Shown one piece after another: positions 38,360 through 48,719 of a DNA stretch of 64,000 nucleotides. Source of the stretch: Candidatus Nanoarchaeia archaeon (GTDB lineage Archaea; Nanobdellota; Nanobdellia; Woesearchaeales; UBA10216); the NCBI GenBank assembly GCA_028279045.1, contig JANQSZ010000016.1, positions 6,333-70,332 of the forward strand. The letters are read 5' to 3'. The notes beneath the pieces were generated by a model. The model had not been told where the DNA came from and did not search any database. It saw only the letters and a program-made list of their open reading frames with translations. Both the position numbers and the translations under genes were made by a program. Position 1 is the first letter of the stretch. Every line of letters begins with the position of its first letter.

Positions 38360-39772
38360 TTGCGACACAATAGTCACGATACTAAAGAATCCAAAGAACA
38401 AGAATATTCCTAGCATCACAAACTTTCTCCAGAGTGGTGCTTGTACTTCTTTTGGAAGTTTTCTCATATTCATCCAATTGACAAGTCCAAGATGTACGAA
38501 CATTGCTACGGCATTAATCACTGCTCCAAGCACAATAAGCACGATTGGATTCTTGAAATCCAGTAAAAACAGCACAGTGCCAAACGCTATTTGGGCCCAT
38601 ACAAATGTAAAGTAGATTTTTGACAGGTTTATTTTCGCTTTCTTCGTCTTATCCATGCGCTTCAACGCAAAGTTCTCAGCCATGATTCTCGACGTTGAGT
38701 CTGCAACTCCCAGTTGCGTCTGGAAGAGCATAATAACAACTGCTGCCAAAAACAATGTACCGACAATTGGTGCGATGGATTCTCCAATAACAATTCCTTC
38801 ATTAATCACGAATTGAATTCCTTCTCCTTCAACGCCACCTTGTTTGAAAACGGTTGTATAAGAAAGCAACATCAACAACGACATCGTCAGCAGTCCCATA
38901 CACCAGAAAATGATAAAGTGTTCCGCAGATATCAGTTTCCACCATTTGCGGAAGTTTGCTAAGCTCGTCTTAGAGTAATCACATTCTTCTCCAACAAGTT
39001 TGACAGCTTCGTCTCTCTTGCTCGTAAATAGCCCAGCCATGCGTTGTGCGTATTTACCCATTCCATATCCTTTCTCTTTAACATAGATAGACTGCGTCAA
39101 ATTCAAGTTACCGCCAGCCCCTGCGTATGCAAAAGCTGCTAGGAATGTAGCAAAACTAATTCCTGCCGGTAAAAACCAGAATCCAGCTGGATTATCTTTA
39201 GCAACTTCTCCGATACCAACAAATCCTTGAGCAAGTGCGCCCCAGTCTGCTGGTCCTGCGATGAAAATCGCAAGGATAAAGACGAATGGTGTTCCAACGA
39301 GCAATACAGTACGTGTTAGTTTTTCCATCATACCATACACAGTTTTGCCTGCGCTCAGTATAACACCGATAACAATCAAGAATCCGATTGCAATGTATTT
39401 GTGCTCTTCCATTCCAAGCAGATGTGAAGCCACTTTTGCAGAAGCTGCAATTATACCAGGAATACCAAATCCGATAAAGGTAGAAGCAATAAACCAGTAC
39501 GGTGCAGCCTTAAACATCTCGCTCATGCCGACAAACACAGATTGCCCTTTCACAAGCGTATAACGTTCAATCTCCATATTCATGAAATACTGAAACGTAA
39601 TACCAAGCAGTGCTCCCCATGCAATACCTAAACCATAGATAGATGCCAGAAACGGCCAAAGAATAACTTCTCCTGATCCCAGCCCTAATGCGAGAATGAT
39701 GAAGCTAGGTCCAAGTAGTTTTTTGAAAGGAATTGGTGCTGGAAATGGTTTGCAAACTTTTTTTGCTGCCAC
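38336..39772 (-). CDS. NRAMP-related divalent metal cation transporter (11-12 TM).
   Basis: N-terminal region LGPSFIILALGLGSGEVILWP resembles the Nramp GPGFL/DPGN region; 478 aa, polytopic. Confidence 0.55.
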   Translation of the reverse strand: MAAKKVCKPFPAPIPFKKLLGPSFIILALGLGSGEVILWPFLASIYGLGIAWGALLGITFQYFMNMEIERYTLVKGQSVFVGMSEMFKAAPYWFIASTFIGFGIPGIIAASAKVASHLLGMEEHKYIAIGFLIVIGVILSAGKTVYGMMEKLTRTVLLVGTPFVFILAIFIAGPADWGALAQGFVGIGEVAKDNPAGFWFLPAGISFATFLAAFAYAGAGGNLNLTQSIYVKEKGYGMGKYAQRMAGLFTSKRDEAVKLVGEECDYSKTSLANFRKWWKLISAEHFIIFWCMGLLTMSLLMLLSYTTVFKQGGVEGEGIQFVINEGIVIGESIAPIVGTLFLAAVVIMLFQTQLGVADSTSRIMAENFALKRMDKTKKAKINLSKIYFTFVWAQIAFGTVLFLLDFKNPIVLIVLGAVINAVAMFVHLGLVNWMNMRKLPKEVQAPLWRKFVMLGIFLFFGFFSIVTIVSQLGKFGLF

Positions 39773-39852
39773 GTCACTTACTAAGGACGATTCTAGTATA
39801 TAAAATATTGGATTGAAAACATTTTTAATGAAAGTTCCATGGTCCGATCGCT

Positions 39853-40548
39853 ATGGCGAAGAGGAAAATCGGCGGCGAGCCTATTCAACCGGATGATGTT
39901 ATTATAGATGATAAACGTCAAACTTCGGTACTGGCCAGGTACGAAAGAAAGCTTCTGGAGTGGATCAATCCACGTATTCCTGCCTGGATAACACCCGATA
40001 TCCTGACGTACACCGCGTTATTTGCAAGTATCGGCGTATTTGTAAGTTATGTATTGGCTGGTGTAAATTTGTGGTATCTCTGGGCTGTCAACATATTCAT
40101 TTTCATTCATTGGTTTGCAGATTCAACTGATGGTCGCTTGGCAATTTTTAGAAAAAAGCCACGTCCTAATTACGGACACTATATTGATCATTTCTTTGAC
40201 ATGATTGCGATACTCTTGATGTTCACCGGTTGGGCTCTTTCCGGATTACTCAACATCTACATTGCAACTCTGTGGGTCTTACTTCTGTATTTTTGGACTT
40301 TCCATTCATCGTTTAGAGAAACCTACACTATATCCTACTACGGCGTCGGCTTCACAGAAGGCAGAATTGTTGGCGTGTTGTTAAATGCAATCCTTTTCTT
40401 CTATCCAACATTTTTTATTAAGCAGTTCCATGTTGTGGAATGGGCGCTTATTGGAGCATTCATCGTTGGTTTTATCGCGTTAGTATTCCAGGTCGTTAAC
40501 ACGTTACTCAGACTAAAGAAGGAGGATGAAAGAAAATGGACACGATAA
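39853..40548 (+). CDS. CDP-alcohol phosphatidyltransferase family protein.
   Basis: DSTDGRLA...GHYIDHFFDMIA resembles D-G-x2-A-R...D-x3-D; multi-TM. Confidence 0.6.
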   Translation: MAKRKIGGEPIQPDDVIIDDKRQTSVLARYERKLLEWINPRIPAWITPDILTYTALFASIGVFVSYVLAGVNLWYLWAVNIFIFIHWFADSTDGRLAIFRKKPRPNYGHYIDHFFDMIAILLMFTGWALSGLLNIYIATLWVLLLYFWTFHSSFRETYTISYYGVGFTEGRIVGVLLNAILFFYPTFFIKQFHVVEWALIGAFIVGFIALVFQVVNTLLRLKKEDERKWTR

Positions 40549-40642
40549 ATAGTAAGTGGGATCTTTTATTGCTGTTGTGGATAGTAATTATCACACTGGC
40601 ATTCCTCGGAGTTAGAGTAATGGATCTCTTGTCGGCATACCT

Positions 40643-42481
40643 ATGATAACGCAGCTCTTGTTTGTAGTCATTTTCCATGTGTTTACCTATTTCCTAGGTT
40701 CAAAGTTGTTTTCTCTATTCAATCTCAAGTTGAGGTGGTACGAGCACGTTCTCTTTTCAATAAGTATTGGTACACTCACTACCGCATTGAGTATATTTAT
40801 GCTGGGTGTCGCCGGGTTATTGTATGACTGGCTGTTCTTCATCATTTTTATTGTTGTGATTGCACTTTCATACAGAGAAATTCAGGGTCTCCTTTCGGTT
40901 CGTCTTCCACTCTATAGTCTCAACATCAACACATTCTTTTTCATTCTACTTTTTTTACTTATGGCAACGAATTTCCTCATGTCGCTTGCCCCAATTTTTG
41001 AAGTTGATAGCATTTCGTATCATTTGCCGATTGCGAGTGAATACGCGTCGCAGCACGAGATAGTTCAGTTTACCGATAATGTCTATGGTTACTGGTCCCA
41101 CGGGTTAAGCATGCTGTACGTCATTCCAGAATCGTTCAACCTCGGCGGGCAAGCCTCTGTTCTTATTGCAAGTTCGCTCGGCGCATTTGCAGCACTAAGC
41201 ATCGCTGCAGTAACCGCGCGATTCTTTTCAGAGAAAGCATCTGGTTTTGCAGCATTTCTTTTCTATAGTCTTCCAATGGTCATAGAGCGTTCTTCGCAAT
41301 CAATGATCGATTTACCTATGGCATTCTTCTCAACACTATCTTTCTTCGCGTTGCTCATGCTTCTAACTCAAAACAAACATCAAAAACAATGGGTTATTCT
41401 CTTTGCGATCTTCGCTGGTATTCAACCATTCTTTAAGCTCGGCGGTATCTTAGTCTTGCTAGCTTTACTCCTTGGATTTTTCTACGTTGTCATCCAAAAA
41501 AGAAGTCTACTACCAACAATCGGATTAGCACTTATTGTCATGATCTTAACTGTAGTTCCTTGGTACTTGTGGGTATTCGCAAACACGGGCGATCCAATTT
41601 ATCCGTACCTTGCAGATTTCACAAAAGATCCAGCTGCCGTGCAATTAAACAATTTTATCGGTGAATGGATTGATGCACAACGCGTTGGTACAACAAGCGG
41701 TCTGCCAATATTCAGTGCCGAACGTTGGCTTCAGATTTTCCTTCTTCCGATAACAATGACCTTCAAGCCAGCGTTGGTGAATTCATTCATCGGTCTTACC
41801 CCGTTGTTTTTGATTTTCCTTCCACTGGCATTGCTTCCAAGATTCAACAAAAAGAAAGAAACTGCCCTGGCAGTACTAATGTTTCTCAGTTACGTAGTTC
41901 TGTGGCAATTCCCAAACCCTGATTTGCGCTATGTCATCCCTGGGTTTGCATTGATTTCAGCCCCAACAGCATACATTATGCTTTGGTTGTCAAGAAAGTC
42001 AATCTATCGAAATACAATAATCATTGTCGTCGTTCTAATGCTAGGCTTTTCATCATTGCTCTGGGCCGGTATGGCTGCACAGCGCATTCCGGGCGCTATT
42101 GGGGTAGTGAGCGACGAGGATTATCTTGCGAATAAGGCCGATATTAATCCAATTCTTCCAATCAAATACATGAACCAAAACCTCCCTGATGACGCGTATG
42201 TTGCTTTCTTTAAAGAAACGCGAGGTTATTTGCTTGAACGTGATTATTTTGTAACAGATCCATTTTATCAGCAAGTGATTGACTTTAATAAAATTGAATC
42301 AAGCCAAGAATTAAAAACAGAACTACAAAATCTTGGCATAACTCATATTCTTTTTGCAAAAGCAGATATATGGGCGCAACCTCTTCCTGTGTATGATCAC
42401 GCATTGCCAATGATGAGAGAACTAAGCGAAGGAGAACCACTGTATGAGGATGAGCACTTCATTGTGCTAGAACTACAATGA
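40643..42481 (+). CDS. GT-C fold membrane glycosyltransferase (ArnT/PMT-like), paralog 1.
   Basis: About 12 TM plus a C-terminal soluble domain of about 130 aa; first extracytoplasmic loop EVDSISYH. Confidence 0.6.
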   Translation: MITQLLFVVIFHVFTYFLGSKLFSLFNLKLRWYEHVLFSISIGTLTTALSIFMLGVAGLLYDWLFFIIFIVVIALSYREIQGLLSVRLPLYSLNINTFFFILLFLLMATNFLMSLAPIFEVDSISYHLPIASEYASQHEIVQFTDNVYGYWSHGLSMLYVIPESFNLGGQASVLIASSLGAFAALSIAAVTARFFSEKASGFAAFLFYSLPMVIERSSQSMIDLPMAFFSTLSFFALLMLLTQNKHQKQWVILFAIFAGIQPFFKLGGILVLLALLLGFFYVVIQKRSLLPTIGLALIVMILTVVPWYLWVFANTGDPIYPYLADFTKDPAAVQLNNFIGEWIDAQRVGTTSGLPIFSAERWLQIFLLPITMTFKPALVNSFIGLTPLFLIFLPLALLPRFNKKKETALAVLMFLSYVVLWQFPNPDLRYVIPGFALISAPTAYIMLWLSRKSIYRNTIIIVVVLMLGFSSLLWAGMAAQRIPGAIGVVSDEDYLANKADINPILPIKYMNQNLPDDAYVAFFKETRGYLLERDYFVTDPFYQQVIDFNKIESSQELKTELQNLGITHILFAKADIWAQPLPVYDHALPMMRELSEGEPLYEDEHFIVLELQ

Positions 42482-44343
42482 TAATTCTACTCGTCATGGT
42501 GTTTGTTTTACTCTTCATTTATTTAGTCGGTGCTAATGCATTACGTTTCTTTAAGCTCAAGCAAAGCGGTTATGAACATGCGCTTTTTTCATTTGGACTC
42601 GGTGGAGTTATCACAGCGCTAGGAATTTTCTATTTAGGGATTTTCAAGTTGCTCTACAAAGAATTGTTCCTTGCACTTTTCATTCTCGTAGTTATACTTT
42701 CGTTTTCCGAGTTCAAACGGCTGTTCTCCATGAAGCTCCCGCGACCAGGAGTTAATCTTAACACATTGTTCTTCCTTGGCTTTATTGCACTCTTCGCTGG
42801 TAATATTGTCATGTCTCTTGCTCCGAATTTCGAAATCGATTCTCTTGTTTTCCATACCGCTGTACCAAGGGTGTATGCGTTTGAACATGCAGTCGTCGAA
42901 ATTCCATTCAATTTGCATGCGTATGAGCCGCACGGTATCCAAATGTTGTATGTTATTACAGAGTTGTTTGGATTCAACGAACAAGGGCCACAGTTAATCG
43001 CAGCGTCGTTTAGTGCTCTTGCAGCGCTGGCCGCGGCGGGAATAACACACAAGTATTTTTCTCGGAAAGCAGCTGGTTTTGCAGCTATTCTCTTTTACAG
43101 TATGCCAATGATCATCGAGCGTTCATCACAGCCAATGGTCGACGTTCCTCTTGCTTTCTTTGGAGGTATGGCGTTCTTCTCTTTCCTTGGCTTGCTAAAT
43201 GACAAGAAAAACACAACTGCATGGCTTATCTTGACGTCTATTTTTGCCGCATCATTATCCTATTGGAAAATAACCAGTATCTTTGCTCATGTTGCGGTCG
43301 GAGCAGTTCTTCTATTTTGGTTGGTAAAAACATATCGCGCTTCTCCTGCCACTTTGGTGCGCTATCTTTTCATCTCAGGGATGGTGATGATAATTATTGC
43401 CGGTCCATGGTTTTTGTGGGTGTTCTCGCATACCGGCGATCCGCTCTACCCGTATTTTGGTTTCATAACAGAAGATCCAGCATCTTTGAAATCCTATGAA
43501 TTCCGTTTCCATTTGCTTGAAGCAGAACGTGGCGAGTATGGTGGTCCACAGTCATTAAACCATCGTGGTCTGCTACGCTATCTTTCCCTTCCTGCGCTGC
43601 TAACTTTCAAACCGTTCACGTTCAACAACGTCCTCGGCATGACACCTTTTTTCTTGATGTTTCTCCCGTTGTTTGCGTTCAAGGCGATCCCTCAAGATAA
43701 GAGAAGAATGACCGGCTACGCACTCCTCATTTTCTTTGTCTATCTTTTGATTTGGCAGTTTACCAATCCTTCCTTGCGATACATTTTTCCAGTGCTCCTC
43801 ATGTTAGTACCATCAACAGCGTACGCAATATTCTGGGTACTTCAACGTTCGAGGTATCGGTATGTTATTGCAGCTCTTATTATTCTCTTGCTCCTCTTTT
43901 CAGGTCCTGTGTGGGCAGGCATTGCGGCAAAGCGCATTCCCGGCGGTCTTGGATTGGTAACAGAAGAACAATACCTAGCGGATGCATTCTATAATCCTAT
44001 CAAAGCAATCAAGTTTGTGAATGCGAACACTCCTGATGATGCGTACATTTACATTTTCCGAGAATCGCGTGCGTATCGCTTCGAGAGAAGGTATCTCCTG
44101 GGTGAGCCGCATCTACAGCATGTGATTGACTACGACAGTATTGAAACGCCCGAGGAGTTCTATATTGTTCTCAAAGAAATGGGTTTTACCCATATTGTTT
44201 TCGGTAAGTTCAACAGCTGGACTAACGACGCTAACCGATTAACATATAACACTGATCGACTCACTGAGATGATGGAGCAACTCATTCAAGAGCAAGGAAC
44301 AATTCTTTACGAGGATGATGTTTCTCTCGTTGTAGAAATATAA
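42478..44343 (+). CDS. GT-C fold membrane glycosyltransferase, paralog 2 (tandem duplicate of the upstream gene).
   Basis: Colinear similarity to the upstream gene (EHALFSFGLGGVITALGIFYLG..., ...TGDPLYPYFGF...). Confidence 0.6.
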   Translation: MIILLVMVFVLLFIYLVGANALRFFKLKQSGYEHALFSFGLGGVITALGIFYLGIFKLLYKELFLALFILVVILSFSEFKRLFSMKLPRPGVNLNTLFFLGFIALFAGNIVMSLAPNFEIDSLVFHTAVPRVYAFEHAVVEIPFNLHAYEPHGIQMLYVITELFGFNEQGPQLIAASFSALAALAAAGITHKYFSRKAAGFAAILFYSMPMIIERSSQPMVDVPLAFFGGMAFFSFLGLLNDKKNTTAWLILTSIFAASLSYWKITSIFAHVAVGAVLLFWLVKTYRASPATLVRYLFISGMVMIIIAGPWFLWVFSHTGDPLYPYFGFITEDPASLKSYEFRFHLLEAERGEYGGPQSLNHRGLLRYLSLPALLTFKPFTFNNVLGMTPFFLMFLPLFAFKAIPQDKRRMTGYALLIFFVYLLIWQFTNPSLRYIFPVLLMLVPSTAYAIFWVLQRSRYRYVIAALIILLLLFSGPVWAGIAAKRIPGGLGLVTEEQYLADAFYNPIKAIKFVNANTPDDAYIYIFRESRAYRFERRYLLGEPHLQHVIDYDSIETPEEFYIVLKEMGFTHIVFGKFNSWTNDANRLTYNTDRLTEMMEQLIQEQGTILYEDDVSLVVEI

Positions 44344-44362
44344 AAGTATATATACAACAGTT

Positions 44363-45109
44363 TTGTACCGAAAAACAATGGACACAGACAAAATAAAGCG
44401 GTTGAACGCTGCATTGTACATGAAAATGTGGGGCGCTCCCAATGCTCCACATCGCGAGTTGAGTGTGCTCACAACTTTAAACGGGAAAAAGCATTCCACT
44501 CTTCTTATCGATACCTTTTCTAAGGCAATCAAGGAAGCAGACAAACTTAACCTCAGCAAGTATGAAGTGCGAGGCGGCGAGAATGTAGATCGCATTAATG
44601 TCTGGCCTGGTGAACATTATCGATTACTTCCAGGTCTGGTAAAAGCAATCAACGCTACGAAGGTAATCGAGATCGGTACACACAATGGTTTAGCATGTTT
44701 AGCCATGCTCGACGTGCTTCCGAAGGATAGCAGCCTTGTTACGTACGATATCATGCCTTGGCAAAAGTTCAAAGGAACCAATTTGAAGGAAGAAGATTTC
44801 AAAGACGGAAGATTAGTCATGCATAACGCTGATGTAAGCAATCCGCATGTGATGGATCAACACGCAAAAGTGTTCCAGGAAGCAGATATGATTTTTGTTG
44901 ATGCTCCAGGTCGTGCGGAATTTCTCAAGCAAATGAAACGTATTGGCGTAAAAGAAAAGTGCCTTGTTATCATCGACGATATTCGTTTGTGGGAACATCA
45001 GAAGCTGTGGCAACGAATCGCACTACCAAAACTTGATGTTTCAAGTTTGAGTCATTTTTCTGGCACAGGATTAGTAGAATGGTCTTCTAAAGAAAAGTTA
45101 TTTTACTGA
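44363..45109 (+). CDS. Class I SAM-dependent O-methyltransferase-like protein (Methyltransf_24/CmcI-like).
   Basis: VIEIGTHNGLACLAM motif I, YDI acidic post-I, MIFVDA motif. Confidence 0.55.
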   Translation: MYRKTMDTDKIKRLNAALYMKMWGAPNAPHRELSVLTTLNGKKHSTLLIDTFSKAIKEADKLNLSKYEVRGGENVDRINVWPGEHYRLLPGLVKAINATKVIEIGTHNGLACLAMLDVLPKDSSLVTYDIMPWQKFKGTNLKEEDFKDGRLVMHNADVSNPHVMDQHAKVFQEADMIFVDAPGRAEFLKQMKRIGVKEKCLVIIDDIRLWEHQKLWQRIALPKLDVSSLSHFSGTGLVEWSSKEKLFY

Positions 45110-46542
45110 AATTTCTCTCGCATATACGCAATATAATCTTCTGTACTTAATTTCTTTCCTGTAGCACGCTCAACAAGCTCCCCAGTGTGATACTTCTGAC
45201 CATAATCATACACATTCTTCTGCAGCCAATCATGCAATTTGTCAAAATTTCCCTTAGCGACTTGTTCCATGAGTCCAGGAATGTCTTTCTTTGCTCCTTC
45301 AAGGAGTTGTGCAGCAACAATGTTACCCAGTGCGTACGACGGGAAATACCCAAATGATCCCATCGCCCAATGTGTATCTTGTAAACATCCTTTAGTGTCA
45401 TTCTCCGGTGTAATTCCCAAGTATTTTTGCATGCGTTCATTCCAAACACGTGGTAAATCTTCAATACTCAATGATCCATCGAGTAATTCCTTTTCAATTT
45501 CAAATCGCAGAATAATATGCATCGTGTACGTTAGCTCGTCCGCATCTACCCGAATAAATCCTGGTTCTACTTTGTTTAAAACACCATAGAACGTATCCAG
45601 ATCGCTGTTCAATTCAAATGCTTCGTTCACTTTTGGAAAATATCCTGTCCAAAATGCTTTTGAGCGTCCAATGTTGTTCTCCCAGAATCGCGACATGCCT
45701 TCATGTACGCTTAACGACGCTGCTTCTCCAAGTGGTGTTCCTCTGGCTTCTTCTGATAATCCCTGTTCGTACATCCCATGCCCTAATTCATGAATCGTGC
45801 TCATTAGCGTCATAACCCAGTCATCTTCATAGCGAGTCGTTATTCTACTTTCATATCCCGTAAATGGATGCGTTGATTCATCAATGCGTCCTTTTTTAAA
45901 ATTGTACCCAACGTATTCCGCAAGTGCACGTGCAGCGTTGCGTTGTTTTTCGACAGGAACTTTCTTTTCCTTAAGAGAAATATCTGTCTGATCGTTCGTC
46001 TGTTCAATTAATGGAACGATCGCTGTTTTTAATTCATCAAAAAACGTAGAGATTTGTTGCAATGTTAATCCGTTATCGTATGATTCCAATAAAACTTCAT
46101 ACGCATCTTTGCTATCATCAATATACGCAGCGTATTTCTTATTAAGATCAACAATTTTCTGCAGAAATGGTGCAAACGACGCATAATCATTGTCTTCTCG
46201 TGCTTTCCGCCATACTTCCATTGCCTCTGTAGTGACTTTTGAATATTCAACAACGAATTCTGTTGGGAGAGCTTTGGATCGGCGATACTCCCATTCTATC
46301 TCGCGTACATTTGCTTGTTGATCTTCATCAAGCTGCTCTTCTTTTGCAGCCTCAATCAATTCGCCAATCTTATCATCAGTGAACCATTCGTGGCTCAGCT
46401 CAGAAATCAGTGCCATTTCCTCGGAACGTACTTTCAATCCATTTGGCGGCATCATGGTTTCCTGGTCCCATCCCAGCAATCCACCTATATTACCCAGGGT
46501 AGAAATACGTTTTACTTTTTTGATGAGTTCATCGTACGACAT
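45103..46542 (-). CDS. M32 carboxypeptidase (carboxypeptidase Taq family).
   Basis: HELGHGMY HExxH site and M32-typical N-terminus GNIGGLLGWDQETMMP. Confidence 0.9.
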   Translation of the reverse strand: MSYDELIKKVKRISTLGNIGGLLGWDQETMMPPNGLKVRSEEMALISELSHEWFTDDKIGELIEAAKEEQLDEDQQANVREIEWEYRRSKALPTEFVVEYSKVTTEAMEVWRKAREDNDYASFAPFLQKIVDLNKKYAAYIDDSKDAYEVLLESYDNGLTLQQISTFFDELKTAIVPLIEQTNDQTDISLKEKKVPVEKQRNAARALAEYVGYNFKKGRIDESTHPFTGYESRITTRYEDDWVMTLMSTIHELGHGMYEQGLSEEARGTPLGEAASLSVHEGMSRFWENNIGRSKAFWTGYFPKVNEAFELNSDLDTFYGVLNKVEPGFIRVDADELTYTMHIILRFEIEKELLDGSLSIEDLPRVWNERMQKYLGITPENDTKGCLQDTHWAMGSFGYFPSYALGNIVAAQLLEGAKKDIPGLMEQVAKGNFDKLHDWLQKNVYDYGQKYHTGELVERATGKKLSTEDYIAYMREKFQ

Positions 46543-46578
46543 ATGAGTTGAATTATTGCTTCCTTTAAAATTTTTGCG

Positions 46579-46785
46579 CTAAACAATCGGTTTGGATTCT
46601 GCTAGGTTCTCTGCTATATCATGTACATCAATAAGAAACCCTACACCCACGACGACAGCAAACAGAAGTCCTGATAAATCAAGAAAGCTGGCCAGCAGGA
46701 AAGCAAGAATGGTCATAGTAGCAAGTCTAACATAATCATCAATAATTGTGATGAACTTTGTTGAACGTAAAAGTATGCGAAGCAT
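46579..46785 (-). CDS. Small membrane protein (hypothetical).
   Basis: Two hydrophobic helices; the start was trimmed. Confidence 0.3.
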   Translation of the reverse strand: MLRILLRSTKFITIIDDYVRLATMTILAFLLASFLDLSGLLFAVVVGVGFLIDVHDIAENLAESKPIV

Positions 46786-46786
46786 T

Positions 46787-47395
46787 TTAGTCCTTATACT
46801 CAAAAAGAGATTCTTTCGGAAACCGAAGTTTTGGTTTTGGTTCATCTGCAGCTACTCCGATTGGAACAGCAACGGTAACGTGCAAGTAGTCAGGAAGTCC
46901 AAGAATTTCCTTGTATTGCGCTTTATCAATTCCTTCCATCGGGCAAGAGTCAAAACCTAGGGCTTTTGCTCCATTGATTGCATTGCTCATCGCAATATAT
47001 GTCTGTTTCTGGCCCCAGAAAATAAGATTTTCCTTCGACATGCTTTCAATATGGCCGCGCATTCTGCTAACGTAGTGCGATACCGTGTCTTGGTCGCGTC
47101 CAGCAGCAAGCATTATTTTTTCGTACTCATCAATCCGCTCGCTTACTTTCTCTGTAGCACAAAAAACAAGCACATGGCTTGCCGTAGAAACTTGAGGTTG
47201 TCCGAAACTCGCTTCCTGTAGTTTCTCTTTCAGTTCTTGATTAGAAACAACCTGGACAACAAACGGCTGCAGTCCAAAACTAGATGCAGAGAGTCGAATC
47301 ATCTCTAGTAACTCATCAACTTTCTCCTGCGGGAGCTTCTCACCGCTAAACAGCTTGGTTGCATACCGTTTCTCCACGACTTCCTTGAATTCCAT
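46787..47395 (-). CDS. Nitroreductase-family protein. The start is at MEFKEVVEKRYATKLFSG.
   Basis: The nitroreductase N-terminal R-x-S-x-R-x-F-like motif follows the internal Met. Confidence 0.8.
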   Translation of the reverse strand: MEFKEVVEKRYATKLFSGEKLPQEKVDELLEMIRLSASSFGLQPFVVQVVSNQELKEKLQEASFGQPQVSTASHVLVFCATEKVSERIDEYEKIMLAAGRDQDTVSHYVSRMRGHIESMSKENLIFWGQKQTYIAMSNAINGAKALGFDSCPMEGIDKAQYKEILGLPDYLHVTVAVPIGVAADEPKPKLRFPKESLFEYKD

Positions 47396-47448
47396 CCTTC
47401 TTGAGAAAATCAAATAGTATTTAAGGCTGGTGTTGAATTGTATATAAA

Positions 47449-47994
47449 GTGACGAAGAACAGACGAAACTACCACATCTTAACACTCACCAACGCAGTTG
47501 GCGCAATGTTCGGCGGTTTCAGCGTTCCATTTTTCCTCGTCTTCTTTTTTGAGCTTGGTGATGCTTCAGTACTCGGCATGGCTATTGCTGCTCAAGGTAT
47601 TGCTGCAGCAGTAGCATCATACTATGCAGGGCGGTATGTAGATAGTTGGGGAAGAAAACCAATCATGATTTGGTCAAGTGTGTTTGCAGGTCTTGTTGTA
47701 ATGTTGTATTCTCTTGTAGCGAATGTTTGGCACCTTATTGTTCTTCAAGGTCTTATTGGCATAATTACTGCGATGTACACGGTAGCAGAGCAAGTTTTCC
47801 TCGCTGATATTACCGAAAAGAATTCCCGAGGTCGAGATACCGGTCGCTACATTATGATTCTAGGCGTAATTATGGCAGTCTCATCACTTATTGGCGGTTT
47901 CTTTGTAAACACGATCTCATTCAAGGCAATCTTTATTATCTTCGGAGTTATCTTCATACTCGATACAATACCATTGTTTTGGTTGGAGGAGTAG
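47449..47994 (+). CDS. Half-size MFS transporter (6 TM only). Probably a truncated gene or a half-transporter.
   Basis: MFS motif GRYVDSWGRKP and 6 TM in 181 aa. Confidence 0.5.
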   Translation: MTKNRRNYHILTLTNAVGAMFGGFSVPFFLVFFFELGDASVLGMAIAAQGIAAAVASYYAGRYVDSWGRKPIMIWSSVFAGLVVMLYSLVANVWHLIVLQGLIGIITAMYTVAEQVFLADITEKNSRGRDTGRYIMILGVIMAVSSLIGGFFVNTISFKAIFIIFGVIFILDTIPLFWLEE

Positions 47995-47997
47995 TTA

Positions 47998-48282
47998 ATG
48001 ACGTACACGATAGCGTTACGAATACTTTCAATCGTTTTCATTATACTACTCAGCACGTTTCTTTTTTCTTTCATTATTCGCATGCACCCTCGTAAGAAAT
48101 CTAAAAAGTTTAAGATTGGCTACGAAGTATTCATTATCACTTTCTTTTTCATAGCAGCTGCATACACATCTTGGCGTGTGTTTAACGTTTCTTTTCTTGT
48201 CCCATACATTTTCATCGCTGTTGGATCACTAATTGGTGCAACAGCACATCTCATTTCAAACTTCAGCGGGCGATACGGATGA
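47998..48282 (+). CDS. Small membrane protein; tandem paralog of the next gene.
   Basis: Shares a G(A/T)TAHL(I/Y)S motif with the downstream ORF. Confidence 0.35.
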   Translation: MTYTIALRILSIVFIILLSTFLFSFIIRMHPRKKSKKFKIGYEVFIITFFFIAAAYTSWRVFNVSFLVPYIFIAVGSLIGATAHLISNFSGRYG

Positions 48283-48542
48283 TAGAACTATTGCTTATTG
48301 CAGTTCTGATTTCGTATGCATTTGTCGGCATACTGCTTCTTCTAACAAAAAGCAAGTATTCAGATCTCTATTTCAAAGTGGGTGCTCTTTTCGGAGCACT
48401 AGCAGTAATAGCATTCGGCACCTACAACGTGCTCTTTGAGGATGGAATTACTCTGTACGAGGGGTTTGTGATGATTATATTTGGAGTTTGGGGCACCACA
48501 GCTCACCTTTACTCTTGGAAGCATGGCGTAATGGGTTGGTAG
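48279..48542 (+). CDS. Small membrane protein; paralog of the upstream gene.
   Basis: See the previous feature. Confidence 0.35.
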   Translation: MIELLLIAVLISYAFVGILLLLTKSKYSDLYFKVGALFGALAVIAFGTYNVLFEDGITLYEGFVMIIFGVWGTTAHLYSWKHGVMGW

Positions 48543-48719
48543 TTTAAACTCTTGTTTTAACCCTTCCAGCATATCTCCATATAGTCTCTTTCTAACCCAA
48601 TATGTGAGGTGCAGAATGGAATGCGAAACGTGTATAACCGGACCGAAAGGAGAAATGTGCGTTGATTTATGCAACATAGATGCATAATCTTCTTATACCC
48701 TCAGCTCGAATAAAAGGGT

